A stretch of 63,654 bases of DNA, the filler included, from Octopus bimaculoides (taxonomy: Eukaryota): the NCBI RefSeq assembly GCF_001194135.2. It is 7 parts of 6 records of this genome, joined end to end, with 100 filler letters (N's around TTAATTAATTAA, not from the genome) between each part and the next. Parts side by side here need not be neighbours in the genome. Positions count along the whole stretch, not along the records: positions 20,423 to 24,882 come from NC_069010.1; positions 24,983 to 32,451 come from NC_069003.1; positions 32,552 to 52,043 come from NC_068996.1; 4 more parts are not named here. One strand, 5' to 3'. This document shows, in pieces, positions 23,979 through 36,074 of this stretch. The notes beneath the pieces were generated by a model that ran no database searches, was not told the DNA's origin, and saw only the letters and a program-made list of their open reading frames with translations. Position 1 is the stretch's first letter, and each line of letters begins with the position of its first letter. The translations under genes were made by a program, and so were the position numbers.

Positions 23979-24094
23979 ACAAAGAAAAAGAAGGAATACC
24001 AAGAACATCAACTGTCCCTCAGCAAATCTGCTTGCCCTAATACAGTACTCAGCAGCCAAAACTTGGTACAGATTAAGGATATCCTGAAGGACCA
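23979..24094 (+). CDS. NUP88: NUP88 exon (TKKKKEYQEHQL...IKDILKD)
   Basis: ccatcag acceptor, GTAAGT donor, phase 0/2; matches MKKDYQQQK...IQSILKE. Confidence 0.88.
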
Positions 24095-24391
24095 GTAAGT
24101 TCTGTTTTTTTTCCTATTTGTTGGGACCGGGTTGGGTTAAATGTACACTAGTCTTAAATTGAACATCTCAATGCTATATTTTTTAGGGCCAACTGTATCT
24201 CCAGTACTGCCCAATTTCAGCTTCTTATTAACAAGTCCCTTAACATCTGGGGGTTGCTTACATCTTGGAATGAATAAATGCATACACACACACACCTTAA
24301 TGTTTAGGTTTTGTCATCTCGTTCTTTTTATAGAATTTTACTGCATCCCATAGGTTGGGAAATGAAATGATTTTTCTTTTGTCTTTTCCAG

Positions 24392-24455
24392 AAATGATGA
24401 CATCAATTCTTTGATGAAGTCTGTGAAAGACTTGAAACTGGAGACCCTGAGCTGA
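24392..24455 (+). CDS. NUP88: NUP88 terminal exon (NDDINSLMKSVKDLKLETLS*)
   Basis: ttttccag acceptor, phase 2, TGA at 24453-24455; corresponds to [20 protein letters not shown]. Confidence 0.85.
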
Positions 24456-24564
24456 GTTAATGCATGTTAGTGTGTCGAGAAGAGGGGGAAAGCGCCACCT
24501 CATCTACAAAGACTCTATATTTCTCTCCAACGATTCATCACAAACAAAAATGAAATATTTTTCC

Positions 24565-24570
24565 AATAAA
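24565..24570 (+). terminator. NUP88: Putative NUP88 polyadenylation signal AATAAA
   Basis: Canonical hexamer 110 nt after the stop, with T-rich sequence downstream. Confidence 0.55.
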
Positions 24571-24751
24571 AGTTTTCCATGTTTTTCAAAATAACTCTAT
24601 TCCTTGCCTTAGTATTTTACACAAATATTGTTCTTTTTTTATGTTTTTTTTTTTATGACAAAACAAAAAAAATAGAAGTCAAATGTGAAGATGTTCTTCT
24701 GCAGGCTTGAGTCATTGGACTACAGCCATCCTCAAGTGCAGTGTCTGGTGA

Positions 24752-24797
<46 letters not shown>

Positions 24798-25784
24798 GCT
24801 GCTATGTCCTCCTCCTCCTCCTCATCATCATCATCCGTTTTCCATGCTGGCATGGGTTGGACGGTTTGACTGAGGACTGGTGNNNNNNNNNNNNNNNNNN
24901 NNNNNNNNNNNNNNNNNNNNNNNNNNTTAATTAATTAANNNNNNNNNNNNNNNNNNNNNNNNNNNNNNNNNNNNNNNNNNNNTGTGTCTATATTTGTCGT
25001 TGTACCATCACTGCTTGACAACTGGTATTGGTGCGTTTACGTCCCTATAATTTAGCAGTTCGGTAAAAAAAAAAAATTTTTTAAACCATAGAACAAGTAG
25101 TAGGTTTTAAAAAAATAAGTCTTGGGGTCGATTTTTCTAAGACTTTTCAAGGCGCTCCAGCACGGCCACAGTCAACTGACTGAAGCGGGTAAAATAATAA
25201 AAACATCACGTTACGATAACTATAAGCATCCTATTTTTTAATTTTTAAGTCACTCATGTTATATATTCTAGAGACCGTGTACCCGTAGCGGCACCCACGA
25301 TATCTCAAGAAGGCAATATAAGATAACCATGAGTGGTATAGAAACACAGAAACCTTCAGAATATGTTAGTCATTAAACGCTGTTATGTTCTACTAAGTTC
25401 TTCTCAAGATTGACGGCTCAACTAAATCCGGCTTCGATATTAGTTGAAAGGGGAATGAACTAAATGGCTCTGGTATGCACGGTCAATTAGTATCTAGACC
25501 TTGTGCACCCAGTGAACAGATAGGACGCATTCATTCTAAGGGGTTGTTTAGATACCCCTTAGAAGTAAGGTGTAAAATAGAGGAGACCTATGGTCTGTTT
25601 ATCGCGTTGAAGTACATGTCGTTTTGTAAAGTATGTTTGATGAATTTATACGTTGTGTAATGCACCAGCATCTATTGCGGTGGTATATATGTTTGTGGCG
25701 CGGCGTGGGGTATGTGTGGACGAAAAAGTTCATATGTATATGTGTATGTGTGTGTGAGAGTTTCTGTGCGTGTGTGTGTGTGTA

Positions 25785-25945
25785 CCTAGATACAACTCAC
25801 ACAACAAGAACTCCCCACTTGAATGGGCCATGATACCACAAAACTTGACTTAAAAAGGATTTAGCAAATCCTATCAGGAGGTGCTATTAAGTTAGACATG
25901 GCCCGGGCCATCTTTGGTCTAAACATATCAAAGTTATCTAATTTA
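25785..25945 (+). mobile_element. 3' end of a CR1/L2-group-like LINE
   Basis: Same tail (ggtgctatt.agttagacatgg...aaac.tatcaaagtt) as 40940-41215(-), which encodes FKCSLDKFLQKIPVQLPTPRY; both end at (TA)n. Confidence 0.6.
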
Positions 25946-26324
25946 TATATATATATATATNNNNNNNNNNNNNNNNNNNNNNNNNNNNNNNNNNNNNNNN
26001 NNNNNNNNNNNNNNNNNNNNNNNNNNNNNNNNNNNNNNNNNNNNNNNNNNNNNNNNNNNNNNNNNNNNNNNNNNNNNNNNNNNNNNNNNNNNNNNNNNNN
26101 NNNNNNNNNNNNNNNNNNNNNNNNNNNNNNNNNNNNNNNNNNNNNNNNNNNNNNNNNNNNNNNNNNNNNNNNNNNNNNNNNNNNNNNNNNNNNNNNNNNN
26201 NNNNNNNNNNNNNNNNNNNNNNNNNNNNNNNNNNNNNNNNNNNNNNNNNNNNNNNNNNNNNNNNNNNNNNNNNNNNNNNNNNNNNNNNNNNNNNNNNNNN
26301 NNNNNNNNNNNNNNNNNNNNNNNN

Positions 26325-26388
<64 letters not shown>

Positions 26389-26389
26389 C

Positions 26390-26456
<67 letters not shown>

Positions 26457-26465
26457 CAGATAGAC

Positions 26466-26541
<76 letters not shown>
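26325..26541. repeat. (GATA)n microsatellite
   Basis: Direct read. Further GATA/CTAT tracts at about 28205-28270, 32256-32309, 39450-39690, 40805-40880, 41330-41400 and 41705-41765. Confidence 0.98.
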
Positions 26542-26543
<2 letters not shown>

Positions 26544-26998
26544 AATATTGAATTAATCCAACTGATAAATCGGTACAGGAGTGACCGTGTGGTAAGAAGT
26601 GTGGCTTCCTAACCACATGGCTCCGGGTTCAATCCGGAACCATGTGGTCAGGACTATAGCCTCGGAGTTTTGTTTCGTGGGTTATTTTGTCTTCTTTTCC
26701 AGGTTATTTCGCATGCTTTCAATGAATGTGATATCGAAAGGTTAGATTTTCTTTCCTTTCAGGATGAAGTTAAATTCGGAACATTTTCCCATTATGCACC
26801 GTTTTGGGTATTTAAACTTCCAAACCCCGAATATCCCAATAACTATTTCTCCGATTTACGGGAAACTTGTTTCATTCCATTCGTATTAACATTTCAGGGT
26901 AAAGTTAATTCATAGTATTTTCCCATTACGCTCCAGTTTGGCTGGGTAGTATTGCAAGCAAGCAAGCAAGATTCACACTGACTTTTAATGTATCAGAG

Positions 26999-27220
26999 AT
27001 GGTATGGACAATTAAAGAGAGAGGTCTGAGCAACTCTCATATGAACTGGAGTATTATAGCTAAGGCCCACAAATAAAGGGGATGGACTGGTAAATGCAAG
27101 CTCTGCATTACCGAATAACTAAATATCATAACATCAACAGCGGAGGTTTTAAACGTTAAGGAGGAAACCTTCTCCCTATGCATGCACAAGCAACAATTCA
27201 TACTTCGAAATTTGAAGCCT
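26999..27220 (+). mobile_element. Penelope-like element C-terminal (post-GIY-YIG) relic
   Basis: MVWTIKERG...NWSIIAKAHK*RGWTGKCKLCITE*LNII...LNVKEETFSLCMHKQQFIL fits the W.lK..W.I..A..C.LC..EK..I..LN.r.E..CrH pattern of PLE ORFs; two stops. Confidence 0.7.
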
Positions 27221-27640
27221 AACCGCACAACAAAAAATTTTGCCACCACTCCAGCCTAAATAAATTTTATTTTTGGACATCAATTATATGCATAAAAGAT
27301 ACATGCCCCCTTCAACTTATGCTCGGATTCAAGGAAATATTTTGATTAATATAATACAGAGACATGCACATACAAACTTATATGTATATATATATATCGG
27401 AAATGTTCTCTATGTCGCCTGTGTGTTTTCTGTACTCTGTTTATCATTTTGTCCACGTTTTCTTGCAACGTCCTATATATGCATGTAGATGTAGCTATGT
27501 ACATACATGTACGTATATATGCATATATTCATTTATTATTTGTATTATATATATATATATATACATGTATGTATGTATGTATGTATGTATGTATATGTAT
27601 ATGTATATAGTATGTGTGTGTGTACGTTTGTATGTATACG

Positions 27641-27706
<66 letters not shown>

Positions 27707-27818
27707 TTGTGTGTGCATGTGTGTGTGAGTATATGTGTGTACATGTGTGTGCGTGTTTATGTGTGTATGTAGAAGTGTAATGTGACTGTGTTTGCAAAAG
27801 TGTGGGTATGAATGCACA

Positions 27819-27872
<54 letters not shown>

Positions 27873-28203
27873 TGTGGGCTTTTTCACAAACAAATATATT
27901 GGATCTGCCCATTTGATACCGATCGAAGTTTTTGTCTTGTTTCTTTGTTTCGTATAGAAATACCTTATACCAGCTGGTTTCCATGGTGACACTTTCACAG
28001 GTTTAAACAGCAGTGTAGTCGTTTGTACATTCTGGAAGGCAACAGCAAAATGTGTGATCTTTCGTAGAAACGAGGTGTCTGATTTTAGAGATTTCAGATT
28101 AACACCGAATATTGACCTTTTGTTATAAACGAGATATTGCGCACTTTTGCCTTTCATTTGACAAATTGAAATACCTTAAAAGGAACACATGTAACTCGCT
28201 GGG

Positions 28204-28269
<66 letters not shown>

Positions 28270-31200
28270 TTATATACATATATATTTTATATATATGTAT
28301 ATATATANNNNNNNNNNNNNNNNNNNNNNNNNNNNNNNNNNNNNNNNNNNNNNNNNNNNNNNNNNNNNNNNNNNNNNNNNNNNNNNNNNNNNNNNNNNNN
28401 NNNNNNNNNNNNNNNNNNNNNNNNNNNNNNNNNNNNNNNNNNNNNNNNNNNNNNNNNNNNNNNNNNNNNNNNNNNNNNNNNNNNNNNNNNNNNNNNNNNN
28501 NNNNNNNNNNNNNNNNNNNNNNNNNNNNNNNNNNNNNNNNNNNNNNNNNNNNNNNNNNNNNNNNNNNNNNNNNNNNNNNNNNNNNNNNNNNNNNNNNNNN
28601 NNNNNNNNNNNNNNNNNNNNNNNNNNNNNNNNNNNNNNNNNNNNNNNNNNNNNNNNNNNNNNNNNNNNNNNNNNNNNNNNNNNNNNNNNNNNNNNNNNNN
28701 NNNNNNNNNNNNNNNNNNNNNNNNNNNNNNNNNNNNNNNNNNNNNNNNNNNNNNNNNNNNNNNNNNNNNNNNNNNNNNNNNNNNNNNNNNNNNNNNNNNN
28801 NNNNNNNNNNNNNNNNNNNNNNNNNNNNNNNNNNNNNNNNNNNNNNNNNNNNNNNNNNNNNNNNNNNNNNNNNNNNNNNNNNNNNNNNNNNNNNNNNNNN
28901 NNNNNNNNNNNNNNNNNNNNNNNNNNNNNNNNNNNNNNNNNNNNNNNNNNNNNNNNNNNNNNNNNNNNNNNNNNNNNNNNNNNNNNNNNNNNNNNNNNNN
29001 NNNNNNNNNNNNNNNNNNNNNNNNNNNNNNNNNTATATAACGATTCTGTCAGCTCACCGCCTTCAATGTATGCAATTATTTTTATAATTTCTTTGCTGTG
29101 AGGAAGAGGAAGAGGAAGAGCGAAGATAAGATGATGTAGGCAGGGTCCTTCATAACGTTTAGAAAACCGTTTCATTAAGCATTACCGTAGACTGTCAAGT
29201 GTTAAAATATAAACAGGTACACTAAAAGCAAATGAAAAACTCATCAGTAATATTTTGTAACACTATTTTTGTCCTTGAGTAGTAACTGTTATTTCCTATT
29301 TGCTGACCCCTAGAAAGCATGAAAAATGGCTGATATTTCCTTCAAACTTTGCTTTTCTTACATTTATTCAAACCCCAAAGAATCCCTCTCAACATATGGC
29401 TATGATGTTCCCCCACTACTCCTGCTCGTGGTCAGAGATGCATATATTGTCAGCCACTAAGGGACATGNNNNNNNNNNNNNNNNNNNNNNNNNNNNNNNN
29501 NNNNNNNNNNNNNNNNNNNNNNNNNNNNNNNNNNNNNNNNNNNNNNNNNNNNNNNNNNNNNNNNNNNNNNNNNNNNNNNNNNNNNNNNNNNNNNNNNNNN
29601 NNNNNNNNNNNNNNNNNNNNNNNNNNNNNNNNNNNNNNNNNNNNNNNNNNNNNNNNNNNNNNNNNNNNNNNNNNNNNNNNNNNNNNNNNNNNNNNNNNNN
29701 NNNNNNNNNNNNNNNNNNNNNNNNNNNNNNNNNNNNNNNNNNNNNNNNNNNNNNNNNNNNNNNNNNNNNNNNNNNNNNNNNNNNNNNNNNNNNNNNNNNN
29801 NNNNNNNNNNNNNNNNNNNNNNNNNNNNNNNNNNNNNNNNNNNNNNNNNNNNNNNNNNNNNNNNNNNNNNNNNNNNNNNNNNNNNNNNNNNNNNNNNNNN
29901 NNNNNNNNNNNNNNNNNNNNNNNNNNNNNNNNNNNNNNNNNNNNNNNNNNNNNNNNNNNNNNNNNNNNNNNNNNNNNNNNNNNNNNNNNNNNNNNNNNNN
30001 NNNNNNNNNNNNNNNNNNNNNNNNNNNNNNNNNNNNNNNNNNNNNNNNNNNNNNNNNNNNNNNNNNNNNNNNNNNNNNNNNNNNNNNNNNNNNNNNNNNN
30101 NNNNNNNNNNNNNNNNNNNNNNNNNNNNNTGAGTAGTAACTGTTATTTCCTATTTGCTGACCCCTAGAAAGCATGAAAAATGGCTGATATTTCCTTCAAA
30201 CTTTGCTTTTCTTACATTTATTCAAACCCCAAAGAATCCCTCTCAACATATGGCTATGATGTTCCCCCACTACTCCTGCTCGTGGTCAGAGATGCATATA
30301 TTGTCAGCCACTAAGGGACATGCTCAAGTGGTTAGGGTCATGCAACTGACAAGCAAGTCTGTGATATTGAGCAGAATATTTGCTATAACGATATTTCTGC
30401 TTCAGCAACTCAGCGTCGAATCTGTCTCAAATGTAATGGAAAATTGCTCAGTTTCAAAATATTGACATCCGGATAACAAAAGCAAAGTTTGAAGAGAACA
30501 GTAGTGATTTCCTTTGATTTTTAAATAGAAGCAAATAGGAAATAACATTTACTGACCAAAAACAAAGAATGAAAATATGAAATTTATTACACATATCATA
30601 TACATGACAACAAGGTTATTATTTTAAATGGAGTTTAAAATAAAAGTCTTAAGAAGATTTTCTGAACAAATCTAACGCTGAGTGTAGTGTCGAATCTATT
30701 TTAAATTTCGATTCGACTGGGAGTTTATGTTTCATCTCTCAGCTCATTCAGCCGGTCTACTTGAATAAACTTGAAGTCCCAATCCAGTCCGATTATGTAA
30801 TATATATTTATGTATTTTTTAAAGTTATTTCAACAGGTTTTCTATAGAAACTAGAGCCAGTACTGAAAGCTACAACGTTTCGTATATGAATACGACTATG
30901 TAAACAATGTGACCGAAAATAGATAAATAGGTAATGGGTGCATAGACATATTTCAGGAGTCATTAATCTCTATATACTTTTTTCTGTATATGATGTTTGT
31001 ATGTATGTATGTATGTATGTATGCTTACACGTGTGTGTGTGTGTGTGCGTATGTGTACAAGGTGTGTCAGTTTTTTCATTTGTATGAATTTAGAAAACGT
31101 TACATAGCTCATCAAAGAAAAACTGTATTCGAAGACAAATTGATAGAATTAATCTTGAGAATCCTTTTATCACACCTATTCAATGAATCCACAATTGGCA

Positions 31201-31882
31201 ATCAGTGACTGCTTCAACAAGCGGCCAGAAGCGTTGATCTGACCGACGCAGATGACCTTTGTCAAGTCTGGGCACGGTACTGGTTATGGCGGATGGGAGA
31301 GATTGTATGATGGTATGGAGATGTCAACTGACCTGCCACTCGGATAAGCCCCATATTTAATAGTCCAGTAGATTGAGGCCATATGTCTGGGAGACTATGA
31401 TCACGGAGATTGGCACGCTTTTACGCTTGGGTTGTTCTAGCCTTATGATATGGTGATGAGTCTTGATAGACCTACGGCCCTCCATTGTGTTATCATATGC
31501 GGAAGGCTTTTGATCATATCTACTCAGTTAGAGATGACCTAGGGGTACAGACAAGAACGACCAGAACAACACCAACAACAACACCAATAACAACAACAAC
31601 CAACAATATTTTTTTATGAGAGGCGGGCTTATATAAATACATATTTATATAGATAGCAGCTCATTGTTCGCTGGTAGAATGTCAAAATTTTAATCCTGAG
31701 TAAGTAGGTTCAATACCGCCTAGCAACAGCTGGTTACAGAATACAATAGACTATCAATGAACGACCAATGCAATTATTCATACGTTGTCTCAGCTGTTAT
31801 GGCTTGAATTATGTGGAGGTGTCTAGCAAATACTATAAGCATTATTCTGCAATCCTGTGTGTTTAATCACTATATTATCATG

Positions 31883-31979
<97 letters not shown>

Positions 31980-32252
31980 GTGTGTGTGTGTGTGTGTGTG
32001 TATACACATATACATACCTGCATAAAAACGTATATACATGCACATGCATATATATATATGGAGTGGGGGTGCATGTGTGTGTAGACGTATATGTGTGTGA
32101 GTGAATTTTTGGCACTCGCCTCTCTCTAAGTGGTGAATGTTCACTGTGTCTTGCTTTAATAATATAAATATAACATGTATGTATGTATATATGTGTATAT
32201 TTATGTGTGTGTGTGTGTGTGTATGCATACATATGTGAGTGCATGTATGTAT

Positions 32253-32309
<57 letters not shown>

Positions 32310-32551
32310 CTGACACTGTCCGAAACGTTGGATTTTTCCACTCCTCACGCTGCGTTCACTCTACTCTTTTTGGTAATAGTCTTAAGTAACGCTTGCATAA
32401 GCATATACACACAGGCAGACATTCAGACAGAGACAAACAAGCAGACAAAAGNNNNNNNNNNNNNNNNNNNNNNNNNNNNNNNNNNNNNNNNNNNNTTAAT
32501 TAATTAANNNNNNNNNNNNNNNNNNNNNNNNNNNNNNNNNNNNNNNNNNNN

Positions 32552-32755
32552 CTGAAACAAGTAAAAGATAAAAGATATACTGGGATTGATTTGTTCAACT
32601 AAAACCCTTCAAGGTGGTGCCCCAGCATGGCCACAGTGCAATGACTGAAACAAGTAAAAGATAAAAGATATACTGGGATTGATTTGTTCAACTAAAACCC
32701 TTCAAGGTGGTGCTCCAGCATGGCCACAGTTCAATGACTGAAACAAGTAAAAGAT
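32552..32755 (+). repeat. 93-bp tandem repeat of a SINE family C tail
   Basis: ctgaaacaagtaaaagat recurs at 32552, 32645 and 32738. Confidence 0.9.
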
Positions 32756-33267
32756 CAAAGGTGTCCCTTATTTTGGCTCCATGTCTAAGAGAAAAGGAGC
32801 TGAAATAATATCCAAGAAGTTAATGGAGGAAAAAAGTGTTAGAAAATTTCAAAGTTTTTTTTTTTTGGTTTTTATAAAAAGTTCAAAGAATGTTTACCCA
32901 AATTTTTTTTAAATCCTGAAAAACATCAAATTTTTTGCTATAGGAAAATATTTTTGAGACACATAAAAGGAGATGTTCATTCTAGTTTTCGAATCAATGA
33001 ATTTAAACATTAATTATAATACAATTGCTAAATTAAAATGTTACAATATTTATTTGTTTAAATAAATTAACATTGTTGATGTTGAAAGATTTTGGACAAA
33101 GGAGTGGTTGTGTGGTAAGAAGCTTGCTTACCAACAACATGTTCCCAGGTTCAGTTCTACTGCATGGCACCTTGGGCAAGTGTCTTCTACTATAGCCTCA
33201 AGCTGACAAAAGCCTTGTGAGTGGATTTGATAGATGGAAACTGAAAGACACCTATCATATATATATA

Positions 33268-33726
33268 GGCGCAGGAGTGGCTGTGTGATAAGTAGCTTGC
33301 TTACCAACCACATGGTTCTGGGTTCAGTCCCATTGCATGGCACCATGGGCAAGTGTCTTCTACTATAGCTTTGGGCCAACCAAAGCCTTGTGAGTGGATT
33401 TGGTAGCGGGAAACTGAAAGAAGCCCATCGTATATGTGTATATATATGTATATATATGTATGTGTGTGTATATGTCTGTGTGTGTATATGTCTGTGTGTG
33501 TATATGTCTGTGTGTCTGTGTTTGTCTCCCCAACATCACTTGACAACCGATGCTGGTGTGTTTACGTCCCCGTAACTTAGCAGTTCGGCAAAAGAGACCG
33601 ATAGAATAAGTACTAGGCTTACAAAGAATAAAGTCCTGGGGTCGATTTGCTCGACTAAAAGGTGGTGCTCCAGCATGGCCGGAGTCAAATGACTGAAACA
33701 AATAAAAGAGTAAAAGAGTAAAGAGT
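33268..33726 (+). mobile_element. Full-length CORE-type tRNA SINE, family C, with internal (TA/TG)n
   Basis: A box tggctgtgtga, B box gggttcagtcc, CORE-like ggcaccatgggcaagtgtctt, internal microsatellite, tail ending (aaagagt)n. Heads at about 6191, 7975, 26575, 33101, 51825 and 54730(-). Tails at 21261-21460, 33795-33995, 38398-38610(-), 44671-44870(-), 49177-49313(-) and 53975-54180(-). Confidence 0.88.
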
Positions 33727-33759
33727 ATGTGTGAATGTGTGTGTGTGTGTGTGTGTATT

Positions 33760-33791
<32 letters not shown>

Positions 33792-36074
33792 CTTGTGTGT
33801 CTGTGTTTGTTCCCCAGCATCACTTGACAACAGATGTTGGTATGTTTACATTCCCATAACTTAGCAGTTCGGCAAAAGAGACTGATAGAATGAGTACTAG
33901 GCTTACAAAGAATAAGTCCTGGGGTCGATTTGCTTAACTAAAGGCAGTGCTCCAGCATGGCCACAGTCAAATGACTGAAACAAATAAAATAAAGAATGAA
34001 AGATTTTACCGAGAGAAATTCCTCGAGAGATTATTGCAGGATTTGCTTTTAATCTCTTAGAAAGGTTATTCAGAAACATGAATAATTCAAAGAAAACCAA
34101 AACTGAGAACTAAGATGCAACTTCCAATTCTTTAAATAAATGGCTTGAAATGACATGATAAAATCTTCAGAGATTATGGTTTACCTGGAGCAACATCATA
34201 TAAAATCAGTACAATGAACACATAACCTTCTTAGGAACAAGACAGCAATGTAGGAAACACTGAAAGCTTTAATAATTTAAAAGTAATTTATTAGATGACA
34301 TTTCAGACAGTTTTTGCGAGGAATTAATTTTTACGCTTCTTTTCAAATAAAGTAAGCCATAGCAGGAATATTTATAGAGGCCTTAGCATCAACTCACTGT
34401 CTGAGAATTGAACCCAAATCACTGTGTTGAAATGTGAAAGCAAGTGTAAACACCCATACAGGATTTTGTCAGGGATTGATGGCATCAGCAAGCAACTAGA
34501 CATTCAGGTCCTTGGTAGAAACATCAAGAACTTATACATTTATTGCAGAAAAATACGCTATTGGCCAGCCTCATGGCTGGCCAGTAACGTATTTTTCTGC
34601 AATAAATGGATAATTTATCCTGATCACGCTATTTATAGCATTATCATGCATTTGAGAAATAAATTTATTTCTGTTCTTACAATACATCTCAACGCTTCTA
34701 AAAAAAAAAACAACTTTGTTTGTTTACTTTCATCAAGAACTTGTTTTTATCAGTAGTCAGCCCGACTGTCAAAAACACAATACACCCAGCAGATGCTTAA
34801 AAGTCATTAGAATCTCAGTTGATGTGAATAACATATTGAAGTATCATTAGTGCTGCTGGACTGGCTCCTGTGCAGGTGGTACGTAAAATACACCATTTCG
34901 AGCGTGGCCGTTGCCAGTACCGTGTGACTGGCCTTCATGCCGGCGGCAGGTAAAAGCATCCACTACACTCACAGAGTGGTTGGCGTTAAGAAGGGCTTCC
35001 AGCTGTAGAAACTCTGCCAAATCAGATTGGAGCCTGGTGCAGCTATCTGGTCTCACCAGTCCTCAGTCAAATCGTCCAACCCATGCTAGCATGGAAAGCG
35101 GAAGTTAATCGATGATGATGATTATGATGATGATTAACAATTTTGTCTTTGGCACCATATCGCTGGTCAATTGTCAAAACACAATGAATATCAATGGTTA
35201 CAGGAGCTTATGCCACTCAATATCAGCGACAGAATTCAATCCCTATAACTGTTCAGCTTCATTACTGGTGCACACATCTCTCATGGACACAAATGAACTG
35301 ATTAACTTGCTGTAGATATCTCTTCCCTGTCATCAGAGTGTTTTGCCACACTGCACGGATGCACACAAACTGATTGACTTAAAGTGAATATCTATCTCTT
35401 TCCTGTTCTTATTGCAGCAACAGCTTTTTTTTTTGTTAACAATAAATAAATATTTTTGTATTGGACTTCACACAAACTATTAAATTCCTTTATCACAAAG
35501 TAATTGACATAATTTCTTTTTATTTAACTCTTTTAAAACATTTCTACTACTTTTTTTTTTCTTTATTTTTCATCTAACATTAAAATGTAATTTATTTGGT
35601 AACATTAGTTTAAGATTGATCCAATACTTGGAATACTTCCAAAATCTAATATACTTTTGATTAAACAGATCACAATAATCAAAGTAAATAGCATTGATAA
35701 AATAAACACACTTAATTTTAACCGAATGCTAATTAATACATTTATCATTCTGTTTCTTTATTTTAATGCATTAAATTCATCACATAACAATTGAATTCAT
35801 TGTTTTTCTCATGAATCAGGCCACAAGCTGACAGGACCATTAGCACACCAGACAAAGTACTTAACAACATTTCTTCCATCTCTTTACACTCTGAATTTAA
35901 ATTCCACCAAGGTCAACTTTACCTTTCGTTCTATCAGGGTCAATAAAACAAGTACCATTGACACAATGGGGGTCAATGTAATCAACTTCCCCACCCAACT
36001 ACACTCAAAATAGCTGGCCTAGTTCCAAATCTGTGTACCTTGGGCATGTGCAGTAGTGTGTTCTTATGTTGTTA

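Noticed and set aside
28003-29095. Two putative minus-strand exons (29095-29058, 28031-28003) giving KEIIKIIAYIEGECTNDYTAV* with a PDZ-ligand-like end
   Set aside because: The donor GCG|GTGAGC is part of the 5' tip of a family D SINE, no upstream exons or homologue were recognised, and the likeness to DGK-zeta tails is superficial.
32310-32335. cGAAACGTT half of a hammerhead
   Set aside because: The CUGANGA strand and helix I partner are missing (replaced by GATA repeats).
32552-33995. Regularly recurring repeats as a possible CRISPR-like array
   Set aside because: Units are SINE fragments with no unique spacers; eukaryotic context and no cas genes.
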